From: Candidatus Aenigmatarchaeota archaeon
Lineage (GTDB): Archaea > Aenigmatarchaeota > Aenigmatarchaeia > CG10238-14 > SCSR01
DNA length: 64,000 nt
Assembly (NCBI GenBank): GCA_016177025.1
Contig: JACOWB010000008.1
Span: 14,076 to 78,075 of the forward strand
Reading direction: 5' to 3'
In this document: piece after piece, positions 18,349-27,623 of the stretch
Layout of the letters: each line of letters starts with the position of its first letter
Numbering within the stretch: position 1 is the stretch's first letter
Notes under the pieces: model-generated
Told to the model about the DNA's origin: nothing
Databases searched by the model: none
Seen by the model: the letters and a program-made list of their open reading frames with translations, nothing else
Made by a program: the position numbers and the translations under genes

Positions 18349-18982
18349 CGCTGGTCACATAACCTTTCACGAGCAACCTTCCCAATTCAGTCAACCTTAC
18401 TTTTATTCTTCCTCTTTTTTCTTCAGTTTCAACCAGTCCCATCGTTTTCAATCCTTCTGATTTTACATTTCCGTTTATGTGGTAAACTAACAGAGGCAGG
18501 CTCATCTTGACTCTCTTGCTCAGGTCTTCTAAAGAAGAACAGCAGTCGATCTCTTTTGATAAAGTTTTAAGTACCGACATCTTCTTATCTGACAAGAGTT
18601 TGTAATATGAAAATTTTAGGATGGGAAACATCATCACTTTATCATCCATTACATCTATAGCCTTCAATCCATTGACAAATGCTGCGCTAGTTGCCGCACA
18701 CATCATGTTCCTATCAGCAGCTGCTACATTTACTATAACTTTTTCTTTGTTAATTGCAGCAATATTAGAAATCACCTTGAAAGTTTCCTCCCACAGGTTT
18801 CCTTCTATTGTTACCGTGTCAACATCTATTCGAAATTTTGAGAAATCTTTTTTTATTTTTTCTACTTGATTTGATTTATCTTCCGTTGTTATGGCAACAA
18901 GCCTTTCTATTGGAAATTCATTAATTGAAGCGTATAGTGCATCTGGATTGTCGCCTATCGGAGCTATCATTGTGTATTTCAT
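18332..18982 (-). CDS. putative transcription regulator: N-terminal Rossmann-like (CARF-like) domain plus C-terminal winged helix (Csa3-like architecture)
   Basis: N-terminus MKYTMIAPIGDNPD then alternating beta/alpha pattern; C-terminus LKTMGLVETEEKRGRIKVRLTELGRLL is wHTH-like. A remnant paralog is at 3601-3750. Confidence 0.4.
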   Translation of the reverse strand: MKYTMIAPIGDNPDALYASINEFPIERLVAITTEDKSNQVEKIKKDFSKFRIDVDTVTIEGNLWEETFKVISNIAAINKEKVIVNVAAADRNMMCAATSAAFVNGLKAIDVMDDKVMMFPILKFSYYKLLSDKKMSVLKTLSKEIDCCSSLEDLSKRVKMSLPLLVYHINGNVKSEGLKTMGLVETEEKRGRIKVRLTELGRLLVKGYVTSDADDK

Positions 18983-19040
18983 GATAAACTAAACGTCTCC
19001 TTATCTTTTAAGGTTTATGTTTAACTGGTAAATGATAGTT
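18983..19040 (-). promoter_or_regulatory. promoter region of 18332-18982 gene (TATA-like TTAAAAG plus AAGGAG SD), conserved with 3751-3835
   Basis: Coding-strand TTAAAAGATAAGGAGACG lies 12-25 nt upstream of the ATG; paralogous copy upstream of the remnant. Confidence 0.35.
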
Positions 19041-19152
19041 TATTTTGATTGTTCCACTGAATTTCTTCACATGTTGAATAAGTAAAATCCAGTTTAAGCT
19101 TTAAACAGCATCATTATCCAATTCGTTCGATAAGATTATAGTGGGTGAGAAA

Positions 19153-19236
19153 ATGACTAAGTTTGTTTGTTCATCTTGTGGAAACACGTCGAGTAAGCAG
19201 GCGAGCTGTTGTGGAACTTCCATGAAAAGGCAGTGA
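19153..19236 (+). CDS. Cys-rich micro-ORF (27 aa)
   Basis: MTKFVCSSCGNTSSKQASCCGTSMKRQ; not in ORF track; see findings. Confidence 0.25.
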   Translation: MTKFVCSSCGNTSSKQASCCGTSMKRQ

Positions 19237-19296
19237 ATTTTGCGATGAGCCTGCTCTTCCCACGCTTTTTTATTCTTTTAAATCCAATTACTGAAC

Positions 19297-19368
19297 ATGA
19301 AATCTAAAATGAAAACGACTAAGCAGAAGGAATCCTCTTGCATGTGTGGGGCTAATTGCTGTAGCTAA
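19297..19368 (+). CDS. Cys-rich micro-ORF (23 aa)
   Basis: MKSKMKTTKQKESSCMCGANCCS; tandem with the 19153 micro-ORF. Confidence 0.2.
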   Translation: MKSKMKTTKQKESSCMCGANCCS

Positions 19369-19369
19369 C

Positions 19370-20848
19370 CTAGTCTATATCTATTTGCGCGCGTTGAAGC
19401 TTCCCAGAATAATCAACAAAAACTGTTTTTTCATCAGAATAGAAATCCAACGCTGACCAACCCATTTCTTTCCAACCCGAACCAGATACTTTAGTTCCAC
19501 CGAAAGGCAGATGAACTTCCGCTCCTATTGTCGATGTGTTGATATAAGTAATGCCGTATTCGAGATTCTTAATCGCTAACATCATTCTTCTGATGTCGTT
19601 TGTATATATCGATGAACTTAAGCCGTATTCAACCGCATTGGCCAAGTCAATAGCATGGTCTAAGCTATTAGCTTCTGATATTGCTGTTACAGGACCGAAT
19701 ATTTCATCTTGGAAGATTTTCATGTCTTTTGATGTGTCAGTGAATACCGTGGGTTGAACGAACCAACCTTTTAATTTTGGTATTTTGCCACCACAACAGA
19801 GTTTTGCTCCTTCCTGTTTTCCTATCTCCAGGTATTTAGCAACCTTATCTTGCGCTGCTTTATTCACCAGAGGGCCGATGTCAGTCTTCAAATCTAGTCC
19901 GCTACCCAATCTCAATTTATTTGTCCTTTCTACCAGCATCCTCTCGAATTTTTGTTTTATTTTCTTGTGAACAATAACTCTGCTTGCTGCTGTACATCTC
20001 TGACCGCTAGTGCCGAAGGCTCCCCAGATAACTCCGTCCAATGCCAACTTCAAATCAGCATCATCCATTACAATTATCGGGTTCTTACTCCCCATTTCCA
20101 TTCCCAATTTCTTGCCCACTCCAACATTTTTCATAATCACATCGCCTGTATCCTTGTGCCCAGTAAAAGACACCGCTCTCACTTTTTTGTGTTTAACAAG
20201 CCTAGTACCGACACTTCCACCAGAACCAGTAACAAGATTGACAACGCCTTTCGGTACTCCAGCTTTTTCCAATATTTCTATCAATTTGACTGCACATATG
20301 GGTGTGTCGCTTGACGGCTTTAGGACAACTGTATTTCCGCAAATTAGTGCCATAGATAATTTCCAAGAAGGAATTGCAATTGGAAAGTTCCATGGTGTAA
20401 TGCAAGAAACAACTCCTAACGGCAACCTAACAGTCATGGCAAATTTGTCCCGCAATTCGCTTGTGGTCGTTCTACCGAATAATCTCCTGCCTTCACCTGC
20501 TGCTAATATCCACGCATCTATCGCCTCTTGAACATCACCTCTAGCTTCTGTAAGAACTTTACCCATTTCTCGGGTCATTATTCGTGCTAATTCTTCTTTA
20601 TTTTCTTTCAGTAATTGTGCTACTCGGAAAAGAATTTCTCCTCTTTTCGGCGGGGGAACATCCCTCCATTTCTCAAAAGCGATTTCAGCTGCATCCACAG
20701 CCTTGTCGACATCTTTCTCATTTCCTTGCTGAAATCTACCAAGAGGCTCATTGTAATTGGCAGGATTAACACGGGAATAAGTTTCTCTAGACTCACTCGA
20801 AATCCATCTACCATCTATATACAATTTATATATTGCACTCTTAGGCAT
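19370..20848 (-). CDS. NAD(P)-dependent aldehyde dehydrogenase
   Basis: ALDH Glu active site (MEMGSKNP) and Cys active site (GQRCTAASR); 492 aa. Confidence 0.85.
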   Translation of the reverse strand: MPKSAIYKLYIDGRWISSESRETYSRVNPANYNEPLGRFQQGNEKDVDKAVDAAEIAFEKWRDVPPPKRGEILFRVAQLLKENKEELARIMTREMGKVLTEARGDVQEAIDAWILAAGEGRRLFGRTTTSELRDKFAMTVRLPLGVVSCITPWNFPIAIPSWKLSMALICGNTVVLKPSSDTPICAVKLIEILEKAGVPKGVVNLVTGSGGSVGTRLVKHKKVRAVSFTGHKDTGDVIMKNVGVGKKLGMEMGSKNPIIVMDDADLKLALDGVIWGAFGTSGQRCTAASRVIVHKKIKQKFERMLVERTNKLRLGSGLDLKTDIGPLVNKAAQDKVAKYLEIGKQEGAKLCCGGKIPKLKGWFVQPTVFTDTSKDMKIFQDEIFGPVTAISEANSLDHAIDLANAVEYGLSSSIYTNDIRRMMLAIKNLEYGITYINTSTIGAEVHLPFGGTKVSGSGWKEMGWSALDFYSDEKTVFVDYSGKLQRAQIDID

Positions 20849-20866
20849 TAATTGTAATTAGATTCC

Positions 20867-21262
20867 TTATAAGAAAAGTTTTGTAAATCCTAATTCGAGT
20901 AACGATTCTGGTATAAATCTGTAACAAAAGCCTTGATGCGAACTAGGCGTCCTTTCAACAATTCCTCTTTCAAATAGGCAAGCCACTCTTCCATAAGGAG
21001 TCCAAGATGTTCTGCTAGAATAAAACTCTGGATTCGTCTCTTCTTCCTTTTTTCTCTTCTCAATTAAAAGTTCTTCTGCATCTTTTGCTTTAAACGGTCT
21101 GCTGCCAAAACGATCAACAAGAATTCCTATAAACTCTGGCAGATCTGGAGAGTATTTGGAACGCCTAGGATCAGGTAATCCTATATACCCCATTCGATAC
21201 CATTGTGTAAGTCCGTCTATTTCTTGTTCATAACTCCCTACAACTGCATTGCCTTCTGTCAT
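20867..21262 (-). CDS. hypothetical protein
   Basis: ORF only, 131 aa. Confidence 0.4.
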   Translation of the reverse strand: MTEGNAVVGSYEQEIDGLTQWYRMGYIGLPDPRRSKYSPDLPEFIGILVDRFGSRPFKAKDAEELLIEKRKKEEETNPEFYSSRTSWTPYGRVACLFERGIVERTPSSHQGFCYRFIPESLLELGFTKLFL

Positions 21263-21312
21263 GCTATAGAATATATACTACGATTATTTAAGATTACTGT
21301 CTGTGGAAGATG

Positions 21313-21570
21313 CTATCTTTTCTTCAAATACTTCTTCTTGACGTATGCTGCAAAGCTTGCCGCAGCTCTTTTATTTTTCCTTCTTAAAGTTGTTATTACA
21401 AGTTTTGAAAGCCTCTCTGCTCTTACTGTCCCTTCTCCTACTTTCTTTGCGACTTCTTCTGCAACCATCATCGCTGACTTGGCGCTAGCACCTGCCTTTT
21501 TGCATGCTTTCACTATTTTGTTTTTGTTAAAAGTTTGTAGTGTCCCGTTCCTTTTTCTTACTTTTGCCAT
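21313..21570 (-). CDS. stand-alone ATP-cone domain protein (basic C-terminal tail)
   Basis: MAKVRKRNGTLQTFNKNKIVKACKKAG...AEEVAKKV fits the ATP-cone pattern; 85 aa. Confidence 0.5.
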   Translation of the reverse strand: MAKVRKRNGTLQTFNKNKIVKACKKAGASAKSAMMVAEEVAKKVGEGTVRAERLSKLVITTLRRKNKRAAASFAAYVKKKYLKKR

Positions 21571-21584
21571 AAAACTAATTGGTT

Positions 21585-22451
21585 TTACTTAATTAAAAGT
21601 TTGAGAATTGCCTTCTCTGTGTGGAGCCTATTCTCGGCTTGGTTCCAGACTACTGAGTGCTTACCGTCTATAACATTATCTGTGATCTCTACATTGCGGT
21701 GGGCAGGGAGCGGGTGAAGAACAATAGCATCCTTCTTGGCTAACTTAACCAAATCCGAATTTAATTGATACTTTCGCAAATCTCTCAATCTTTTAGCCTG
21801 CTCTGCTTCTTCGCCCATGCTAACGAATGTGTCTGTGTATAGGACATCAGCATCTTTAACAGCTTTCTTCGGATCTTCAATAATTCTATATTTCCCCTTT
21901 ATTTTCGGTCTGTATTTTTTGGGGCATGAAGCAATAGTTCTTACTCCAAAAATTTGACACAGCATTATAAGAGAATGGAACGTGTTATTTGCACCGTCAC
22001 CTAGAAAAACTATTTTCAAACCTTTCAACCTTTTCTTTTTCTGTTTGATCGTATACAAATCAGCTATAGCTTGGCATGGATGCTCCAAATCTGACAGGGC
22101 ATTGATAACTGGCTCTTTGGACACTTTAGCTATTCTTACTAAATCATTTTGAGAAAATACACGCGCGATAATGGCATCCCCGTAACCTTCCAGTACTCTG
22201 GCAGTATCTTCGATCGTCTCCCCTCTTCCTAGCTGGAGTTCATTCCAATTCAGAACTATCGCATTTCCCCCCATCTGATTGATGGCAACCGTAAAGGAGA
22301 CCCTCGTCCGAGTTGAAGCTTTTTGGAAAATTAAAACGATGTTTTTCCCTTTCAAATAGCTTGTCTGTTTGTTTTTCAACTTGTCAGTTAGCTTGAATAT
22401 TTTTTCGACATCCGACTTCGATAAATCGTTAACTGAAAGTAAATCTCTCAT
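21585..22451 (-). CDS. ornithine-carbamoyltransferase-family transcarbamylase (atypical HPLP instead of HCLP)
   Basis: STRTRVSF carbamoyl-phosphate motif; DTFVSMGEE (OTC-type DxxxSMG); HPLPAHRNVEITDNV. Confidence 0.7.
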   Translation of the reverse strand: MRDLLSVNDLSKSDVEKIFKLTDKLKNKQTSYLKGKNIVLIFQKASTRTRVSFTVAINQMGGNAIVLNWNELQLGRGETIEDTARVLEGYGDAIIARVFSQNDLVRIAKVSKEPVINALSDLEHPCQAIADLYTIKQKKKRLKGLKIVFLGDGANNTFHSLIMLCQIFGVRTIASCPKKYRPKIKGKYRIIEDPKKAVKDADVLYTDTFVSMGEEAEQAKRLRDLRKYQLNSDLVKLAKKDAIVLHPLPAHRNVEITDNVIDGKHSVVWNQAENRLHTEKAILKLLIK

Positions 22452-23335
22452 TCAATCACAGTTCCTGTTTTTCCCTTTAAAGCTAAATTCAATTTTTCTG
22501 GTGAAGTAATCAAAACTCGCTTACCGCCTCTCTTTAGGAATTCCACGCTAGCTTCAATTTTGGGTTTCATAGAACCTTCACCAAACTGATTCTCTTTAAG
22601 ATAATTTATCGCTTCTTTTACAGTTAATCTTCTAAGCGGTTTTTTATTTGGTTTTCCATAATTACAGTACACATAATCTACATCTGTCAAGAAAATGACA
22701 GTTTCTGCTTTCAATTGCGATGCCAGTTTCTGCGTGGCATAATCTTTATCAATAACAGCTTCCACCCCAACGAATCGATTGTTTTTTTCAATTACCGGTA
22801 CCCCGCCGCCACCGCAAGCTATAACAACAAAATTTCTTCTAACCAAGCTTTCAATTTCTTTTATATCAATTATTTTCACTGGCTTTGGTGAAGGCACCAC
22901 TCTTCTCCAGCCTTCAGGCTCTTTAATCATGCCCTTAAAAGTTTTTCTTTTATAATACGGACCGATTGGTTTTGTAGGATGGCTGAATGCACTGTCGCTC
23001 TTCTTGACCAAAACTCTGGTTACTACTGTGACTGCATTCTTTTTTAGAATGTTTTCTACAGATTGCTGTATCCAATAGCCTAGTTCGCCTTGTGTCATCG
23101 CATCTAAAGTGTCCAATGACATTTGTGGTAGAATCCTTTTGGTTTTTTCTTGTTGAATTAACAGGGCGCCTGCCTGAGGTGCGTTTCCGTGGGTTAAAAC
23201 CAATGAAAATTTTCTTATTAAAGGTTTGAGATATGAAACGGTCTTATCTATTCTTACAATCTGACTTTTTGCTGTACCTCTTTCTTTCGGACGAATTAGA
23301 GAATTACCACCCAAAGCAACAGCAGCTAGTCTCAT
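22448..23335 (-). CDS. arcC: carbamate kinase
   Basis: Amino-acid kinase fold: AVALGGNSL N-terminus, VIACGGGGVPV glycine-rich motif; ~295 aa. Confidence 0.8.
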   Translation of the reverse strand: MRLAAVALGGNSLIRPKERGTAKSQIVRIDKTVSYLKPLIRKFSLVLTHGNAPQAGALLIQQEKTKRILPQMSLDTLDAMTQGELGYWIQQSVENILKKNAVTVVTRVLVKKSDSAFSHPTKPIGPYYKRKTFKGMIKEPEGWRRVVPSPKPVKIIDIKEIESLVRRNFVVIACGGGGVPVIEKNNRFVGVEAVIDKDYATQKLASQLKAETVIFLTDVDYVYCNYGKPNKKPLRRLTVKEAINYLKENQFGEGSMKPKIEASVEFLKRGGKRVLITSPEKLNLALKGKTGTVIE

Positions 23336-24636
23336 AATTTAATAACCTTCTCTAAATTCAATTTTCCAACTTCTTCCAATTCGTAACCAACTTGAACTAT
23401 TGGTTTGTTTATTTTCATGATTCTAGGCAACGTGACTGGAGTCGCGTCAATAACGGCATCACATTTTGCAGAATTAATTGTACGTTCCAATTCCTTGGTT
23501 TGCTTTTTACTATAACCCATAGCAGGCAATTCTTTTGTGAGATGTGAATACTTTTTGTAAATTTCCTTTATGGAACCTACAGCATATTTTCGCGCATCAA
23601 CAATCTTGGATCTATATTTAGCTGCAACTACAGTTCCAGCACCATAAGGCATTCCACCATGCGTCAAAGTAGGACCGTCTTCAACTACCAGAACTTTCTT
23701 TCCTTTGATTAATTCTGGTTTATCGACTGTCACTATAGATTTAGCTAGAATTATTTTCGCCTTTGTGTTAACAGATTTTGTATTTCTTATGACTTGTTGT
23801 ATGTCAGATTTTTTAGCAGAATCAATCTTATTCACGATAACAACATCCGCCATTCGAAGATTCGTTTCACCAGGATGATAAGTCAGTTCGTGACCTGCAC
23901 GGTGTGGGTCAACAACTACGATATACAAATCAGACTTTAGAAAACTTATGTCATTATTTCCACCGTCCCACAGTATGATATCAGCTTCTTTCTCCGCTCT
24001 TCTCAAAATTTTTTCATAATCAACACCTGCATACACAACAATTCCATTATTGATATGAGGTTCGTACTCCTCTCTTTCCTCGATTGTCACATTATACCAG
24101 TCCAAATCTTCGTAAGTAGCAAATCTCTGAACGATTTGTTTTTTCAAGTCACCATAAGGCATTGGATGTCGAATGACAACAACTTTTTTACCCTGTTCCT
24201 TAAGAATTTTTGCTATTTTTCTCGTTACTTGGCTTTTCCCAGAGCCCGTTCTTACAGCTGTCACGGAAATCACTGGTTTAGAAGATTTTAACATTGTCGA
24301 ATTAGGACCAAGTAAAACAAAATCAGCACCATTTGCCAGAGAAACAGAAGCTTTGTGCATTACATATTCATGAGGTGCATCTGAATAGGCAAAAACAACT
24401 TGGTCAACTTTGAATTTCTTAATCAACTCGGGTAATTGTTTTTCAGTATATATAGAAATGCCTTTAGGATATAAACTCCCAGCTAATTCTTTCGGATACA
24501 ATCTTCCGGATATACCAGGTATTTGTGTGGCTGTAAATGCAACAACTTCGTAATTGGGCTTATCGCGGTATACTGTATTGAAATTATGAAAATCTCTTCC
24601 CGCCGCTCCCATTATAAGAATTCTTTTCGGTTTCAT
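23332..24636 (-). CDS. P-loop NTPase-domain protein (DUF1611 / cyclic-2,3-diphosphoglycerate-synthetase-like), unknown function
   Basis: N-terminal Rossmann-like ILIMGAAGRDF; central Walker A TAVRTGSGKSQVT; translationally coupled to carbamate kinase and the transcarbamylase. Confidence 0.45.
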   Translation of the reverse strand: MKPKRILIMGAAGRDFHNFNTVYRDKPNYEVVAFTATQIPGISGRLYPKELAGSLYPKGISIYTEKQLPELIKKFKVDQVVFAYSDAPHEYVMHKASVSLANGADFVLLGPNSTMLKSSKPVISVTAVRTGSGKSQVTRKIAKILKEQGKKVVVIRHPMPYGDLKKQIVQRFATYEDLDWYNVTIEEREEYEPHINNGIVVYAGVDYEKILRRAEKEADIILWDGGNNDISFLKSDLYIVVVDPHRAGHELTYHPGETNLRMADVVIVNKIDSAKKSDIQQVIRNTKSVNTKAKIILAKSIVTVDKPELIKGKKVLVVEDGPTLTHGGMPYGAGTVVAAKYRSKIVDARKYAVGSIKEIYKKYSHLTKELPAMGYSKKQTKELERTINSAKCDAVIDATPVTLPRIMKINKPIVQVGYELEEVGKLNLEKVIKL

Positions 24637-24670
24637 CTACATTTAATTGGTAGTTTAGACAAAATTATAT

Positions 24671-25255
24671 ATGGTATTGGACGTATCCGCTATCATACAG
24701 TCTGCACTTCTTCTTTTCATCGTGATGGACCCTTTGGGCAATGTCCCAATTTTCTACAGCGTAACAAAAGATATCAAGGAAAATAAAAAATCTAAGACAA
24801 TTCAGAATGCTGTCATAACAGCTTTTATAGTATTGACAGTTTTTGCCCTTGCTGGAATTAAAATTCTAGATTATTTCAAAGTTTCATTCGAGAGTTTCCT
24901 GATTGCAGGTGGTGCTCTATTGTTTTTCATTGGATTTCAAATGGTTGTTGGAAAGATAAAAACTCAGTTTGACAAATCGGGAAACTTTGGTGTTGTGCCT
25001 TTAGGAGTTCCTTTGATTGCTGGACCAGGTGCCATAACTATGATAATAATCATTTCCCAGACGCAGGGTATGCTGGCAGCATTTATCGCTATTCTGATAT
25101 CGATGATATTAATGGAGCTTGTGTTGGCTTACTGCAACAAGATAGTGAAAACTATCGGGACAAAAAGTTCTGAAACATTGACTAGAATAATGGGAATCAT
25201 CTTGGCTGTAATCGCAGTTCAATTAATTCTGGATGGTTTGCAGATTTTATTCTAG
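24671..25255 (+). CDS. MarC-family (UPF0056) integral membrane protein
   Basis: LLFIVMDPLGNVPIFYSV N-terminal MarC signature; 6 TM. Confidence 0.75.
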   Translation: MVLDVSAIIQSALLLFIVMDPLGNVPIFYSVTKDIKENKKSKTIQNAVITAFIVLTVFALAGIKILDYFKVSFESFLIAGGALLFFIGFQMVVGKIKTQFDKSGNFGVVPLGVPLIAGPGAITMIIIISQTQGMLAAFIAILISMILMELVLAYCNKIVKTIGTKSSETLTRIMGIILAVIAVQLILDGLQILF

Positions 25256-26268
25256 ACTAGACAAACCAAAGGCGGCTTCTTCAGCAAGATTTCTAATATC
25301 TTTATTGTATTCCTAATGTCGTTCGTATTTGCTACGCCAACAGCAGTATGAATGTTTCTTACTGGCACAGAGACTGTAGTAGCCGGTATTCCGCCACGAG
25401 AAAGTGAGATTGTTAAAGCGTCGGTTGCTCCGTATTCGCTGACGTCGTATTGGACAGGAATGTCGTGCTTTTTCCCTATGTCTTTCAGCCAACCGTTTAT
25501 GCACTTGTTTCCAATCATAAGAGCGTCTTTTATAGTCAGGCACGGCCCTCCGCCTAAGGAACGCGTGGGGGTTGAATAGACGTCGTCGGTTGTGGTTGTG
25601 TCGACTGCAATTGCCCATGCCGGATCAATGGTGTATGCCGATGTCCTTGCGCCCGATAAACCGATTTCCTCTTGGACAGTGAAAACATAGAATAGTTCAT
25701 TCTTGTTGTCCTTCAGGGATTTTGCCAATTCTATTAGGATGTAACATCCCAGCCGATTGTCTAGGGCCTTTCCACAAATAAAATCTCCGTCTCCTACGAA
25801 ACAGCAATTTGAATCATAGAAATGGACGTAACTTCCCGTCTCAACACCCAGTTTTGTCAGTTCCTCTTTCTTCAGCCCTGTGTCTATAAACAAATCTGTT
25901 ACTTTCGGTAGTTCTTTTATAGTATCTCCAGAAGACATTTGGTCTGCGGTTATTACACCTATTATCGGATTCTTAGTCTGTATAGCGACCTTCTGTCCTA
26001 TTAGTGCGGAGACTTCGATGCCGCCTATAGTTGAAAAAATTATTTTCCCTTTAGGATTTATTCTTTTCACCATCAGGCCTATCTCATCCATGTGAGCTGC
26101 TAACATCACTCTCGGAACTTTTCCTTTTTTATGACCAATCAAGTTCCCGAATTTATCGGTGTATACTTCATCGACATATTTTTTAATTTCATTCTCAATA
26201 AGGTCCCTTATTTCCCCCTCATCGCCGCTGACACCGTAGGAATTAATCAGTTTTTGAAGAAGCTCCAT
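25252..26268 (-). CDS. M42-family aminopeptidase (TET/FrvX-like)
   Basis: MELLQKLINSYGVSGDEGEIRD N-terminus; HMDEIG, EEIG metal ligand motifs. Confidence 0.75.
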   Translation of the reverse strand: MELLQKLINSYGVSGDEGEIRDLIENEIKKYVDEVYTDKFGNLIGHKKGKVPRVMLAAHMDEIGLMVKRINPKGKIIFSTIGGIEVSALIGQKVAIQTKNPIIGVITADQMSSGDTIKELPKVTDLFIDTGLKKEELTKLGVETGSYVHFYDSNCCFVGDGDFICGKALDNRLGCYILIELAKSLKDNKNELFYVFTVQEEIGLSGARTSAYTIDPAWAIAVDTTTTDDVYSTPTRSLGGGPCLTIKDALMIGNKCINGWLKDIGKKHDIPVQYDVSEYGATDALTISLSRGGIPATTVSVPVRNIHTAVGVANTNDIRNTIKILEILLKKPPLVCLV

Positions 26269-26312
26269 ATGCTCACTAGTAATTATTTGTTAACTGGTAA
26301 TTAAATTATATT

Positions 26313-27623
26313 ATGGGACCAAAGTTCATTTGCAGAAAGCCAGGCCCTAAATCTGTTGAGATTCTTGAGAGGGACAGGAAAGTCATTTCGCCTTCCCTGA
26401 CTAGGGAGTATTCGTTTGTTTTCAAGAAGGCTAAAGGTTGTCATGTCTGGGATGTTGACGGGAGGAAATACCTAGATTTCTCTGCGGGTGTGGCGGTAAT
26501 GAATATAGGCCACACAAATCCAGTGATTGAAAAGGCTATCCATCAGCAGGCAAAGAATGCTATTCATGCTGGGTTTTCTGATTTTTATGCCGAACTGCCT
26601 GTGAAATTTGTCGAATATCTTTTGACATTTTTGCCTAAACATTTGAACAAAGCATTCCTCTCAAATTCAGGAACAGAATCTGTAGAAGCTGCATACAAAC
26701 TTGCTAGATGGCATACGAATAAAAAATGGGTTATTGCTTTCAAACCATCATTTCATGGAAGAACCATGGCGAGTTTGTCTTTAACAAACGCGAAACCTGT
26801 ACAAAAAGAGAGATTTTATCCTTTTCTGCCTGTTAAGCACGCTTTGTATCCTTATTGTTACCGTTGCCCTTTCAAAAACAAAGAACATGATGCTTGCACG
26901 AATTTGTATCTAGATGTCCTGGAGCAAAAAATATCTGAATGCGATAAGGATTTGGCTGCTATATTTTTAGAACCGATAGCTGGCGAAGGTGGATATATTG
27001 TCCCGCCGAAAGATTTTGTTCAAGGTGTGAAAGAATTATGCGACAAGTATGATATATTATTATGTGATGATGAAGTACAGTCTGGATGTTATAGAACAGG
27101 GGAATTTCTTGCGATAGAAAATTTTGACGTAAAGCCTGACATTGTCTCACTCAGCAAAGCTATAGGCGGCGGTATTCCTTTGGGCGCTACTGTCGCTAAT
27201 GAGAAGATAATGGATTGGTTGCCTGGAAGCCATGCAAACACATTTGGCGGAAATCTTTTGGCTTGTTCTGCAGGAATATCCACATTGAAATTTATGCGGG
27301 AGAAGAAGCTGGGACAAAACGCGACAAAGATTGGAAATTACATGATGAGGAGATTGTATGAAATGAAAGAGCGATATGAGCTTATCGGTGATGTTAGAGG
27401 AATAGGATTAATGATTGGTGTTGAGATTGTGAAGGATAAAAAAACGAAAGAATATGGAGTGAAAGAAAGGACAGATATTTTGTGCAAAGCTAGTGAGAAA
27501 GGATTGCTGCTGTTACCTGCTGGTATAAGCTCGATAAGAATCTGCCCGCCGTTAATTCTAACTAAAAAACAAGCCGATTTGGGTCTGGATATATTTGAGG
27601 ATTCTGTAAAGGAAATTTGTTAA
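26313..27623 (+). CDS. class III PLP-dependent aminotransferase (GabT/ArgD-like)
   Basis: GTESVEAAYKLA, DEVQSG and PLP-Lys motif SLSKAIGGG. Confidence 0.8.
   Translation: MGPKFICRKPGPKSVEILERDRKVISPSLTREYSFVFKKAKGCHVWDVDGRKYLDFSAGVAVMNIGHTNPVIEKAIHQQAKNAIHAGFSDFYAELPVKFVEYLLTFLPKHLNKAFLSNSGTESVEAAYKLARWHTNKKWVIAFKPSFHGRTMASLSLTNAKPVQKERFYPFLPVKHALYPYCYRCPFKNKEHDACTNLYLDVLEQKISECDKDLAAIFLEPIAGEGGYIVPPKDFVQGVKELCDKYDILLCDDEVQSGCYRTGEFLAIENFDVKPDIVSLSKAIGGGIPLGATVANEKIMDWLPGSHANTFGGNLLACSAGISTLKFMREKKLGQNATKIGNYMMRRLYEMKERYELIGDVRGIGLMIGVEIVKDKKTKEYGVKERTDILCKASEKGLLLLPAGISSIRICPPLILTKKQADLGLDIFEDSVKEIC

Noticed and set aside
3667-18456. Repeated 41-nt and 29-nt exact sequences considered as possible CRISPR repeats or mobile-element ends
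   Set aside because: There are only two copies. They sit inside paralogous coding/promoter sequence of the regulator gene and its remnant, with no spacer-repeat periodicity. No cas genes, integrase or transposase are present.
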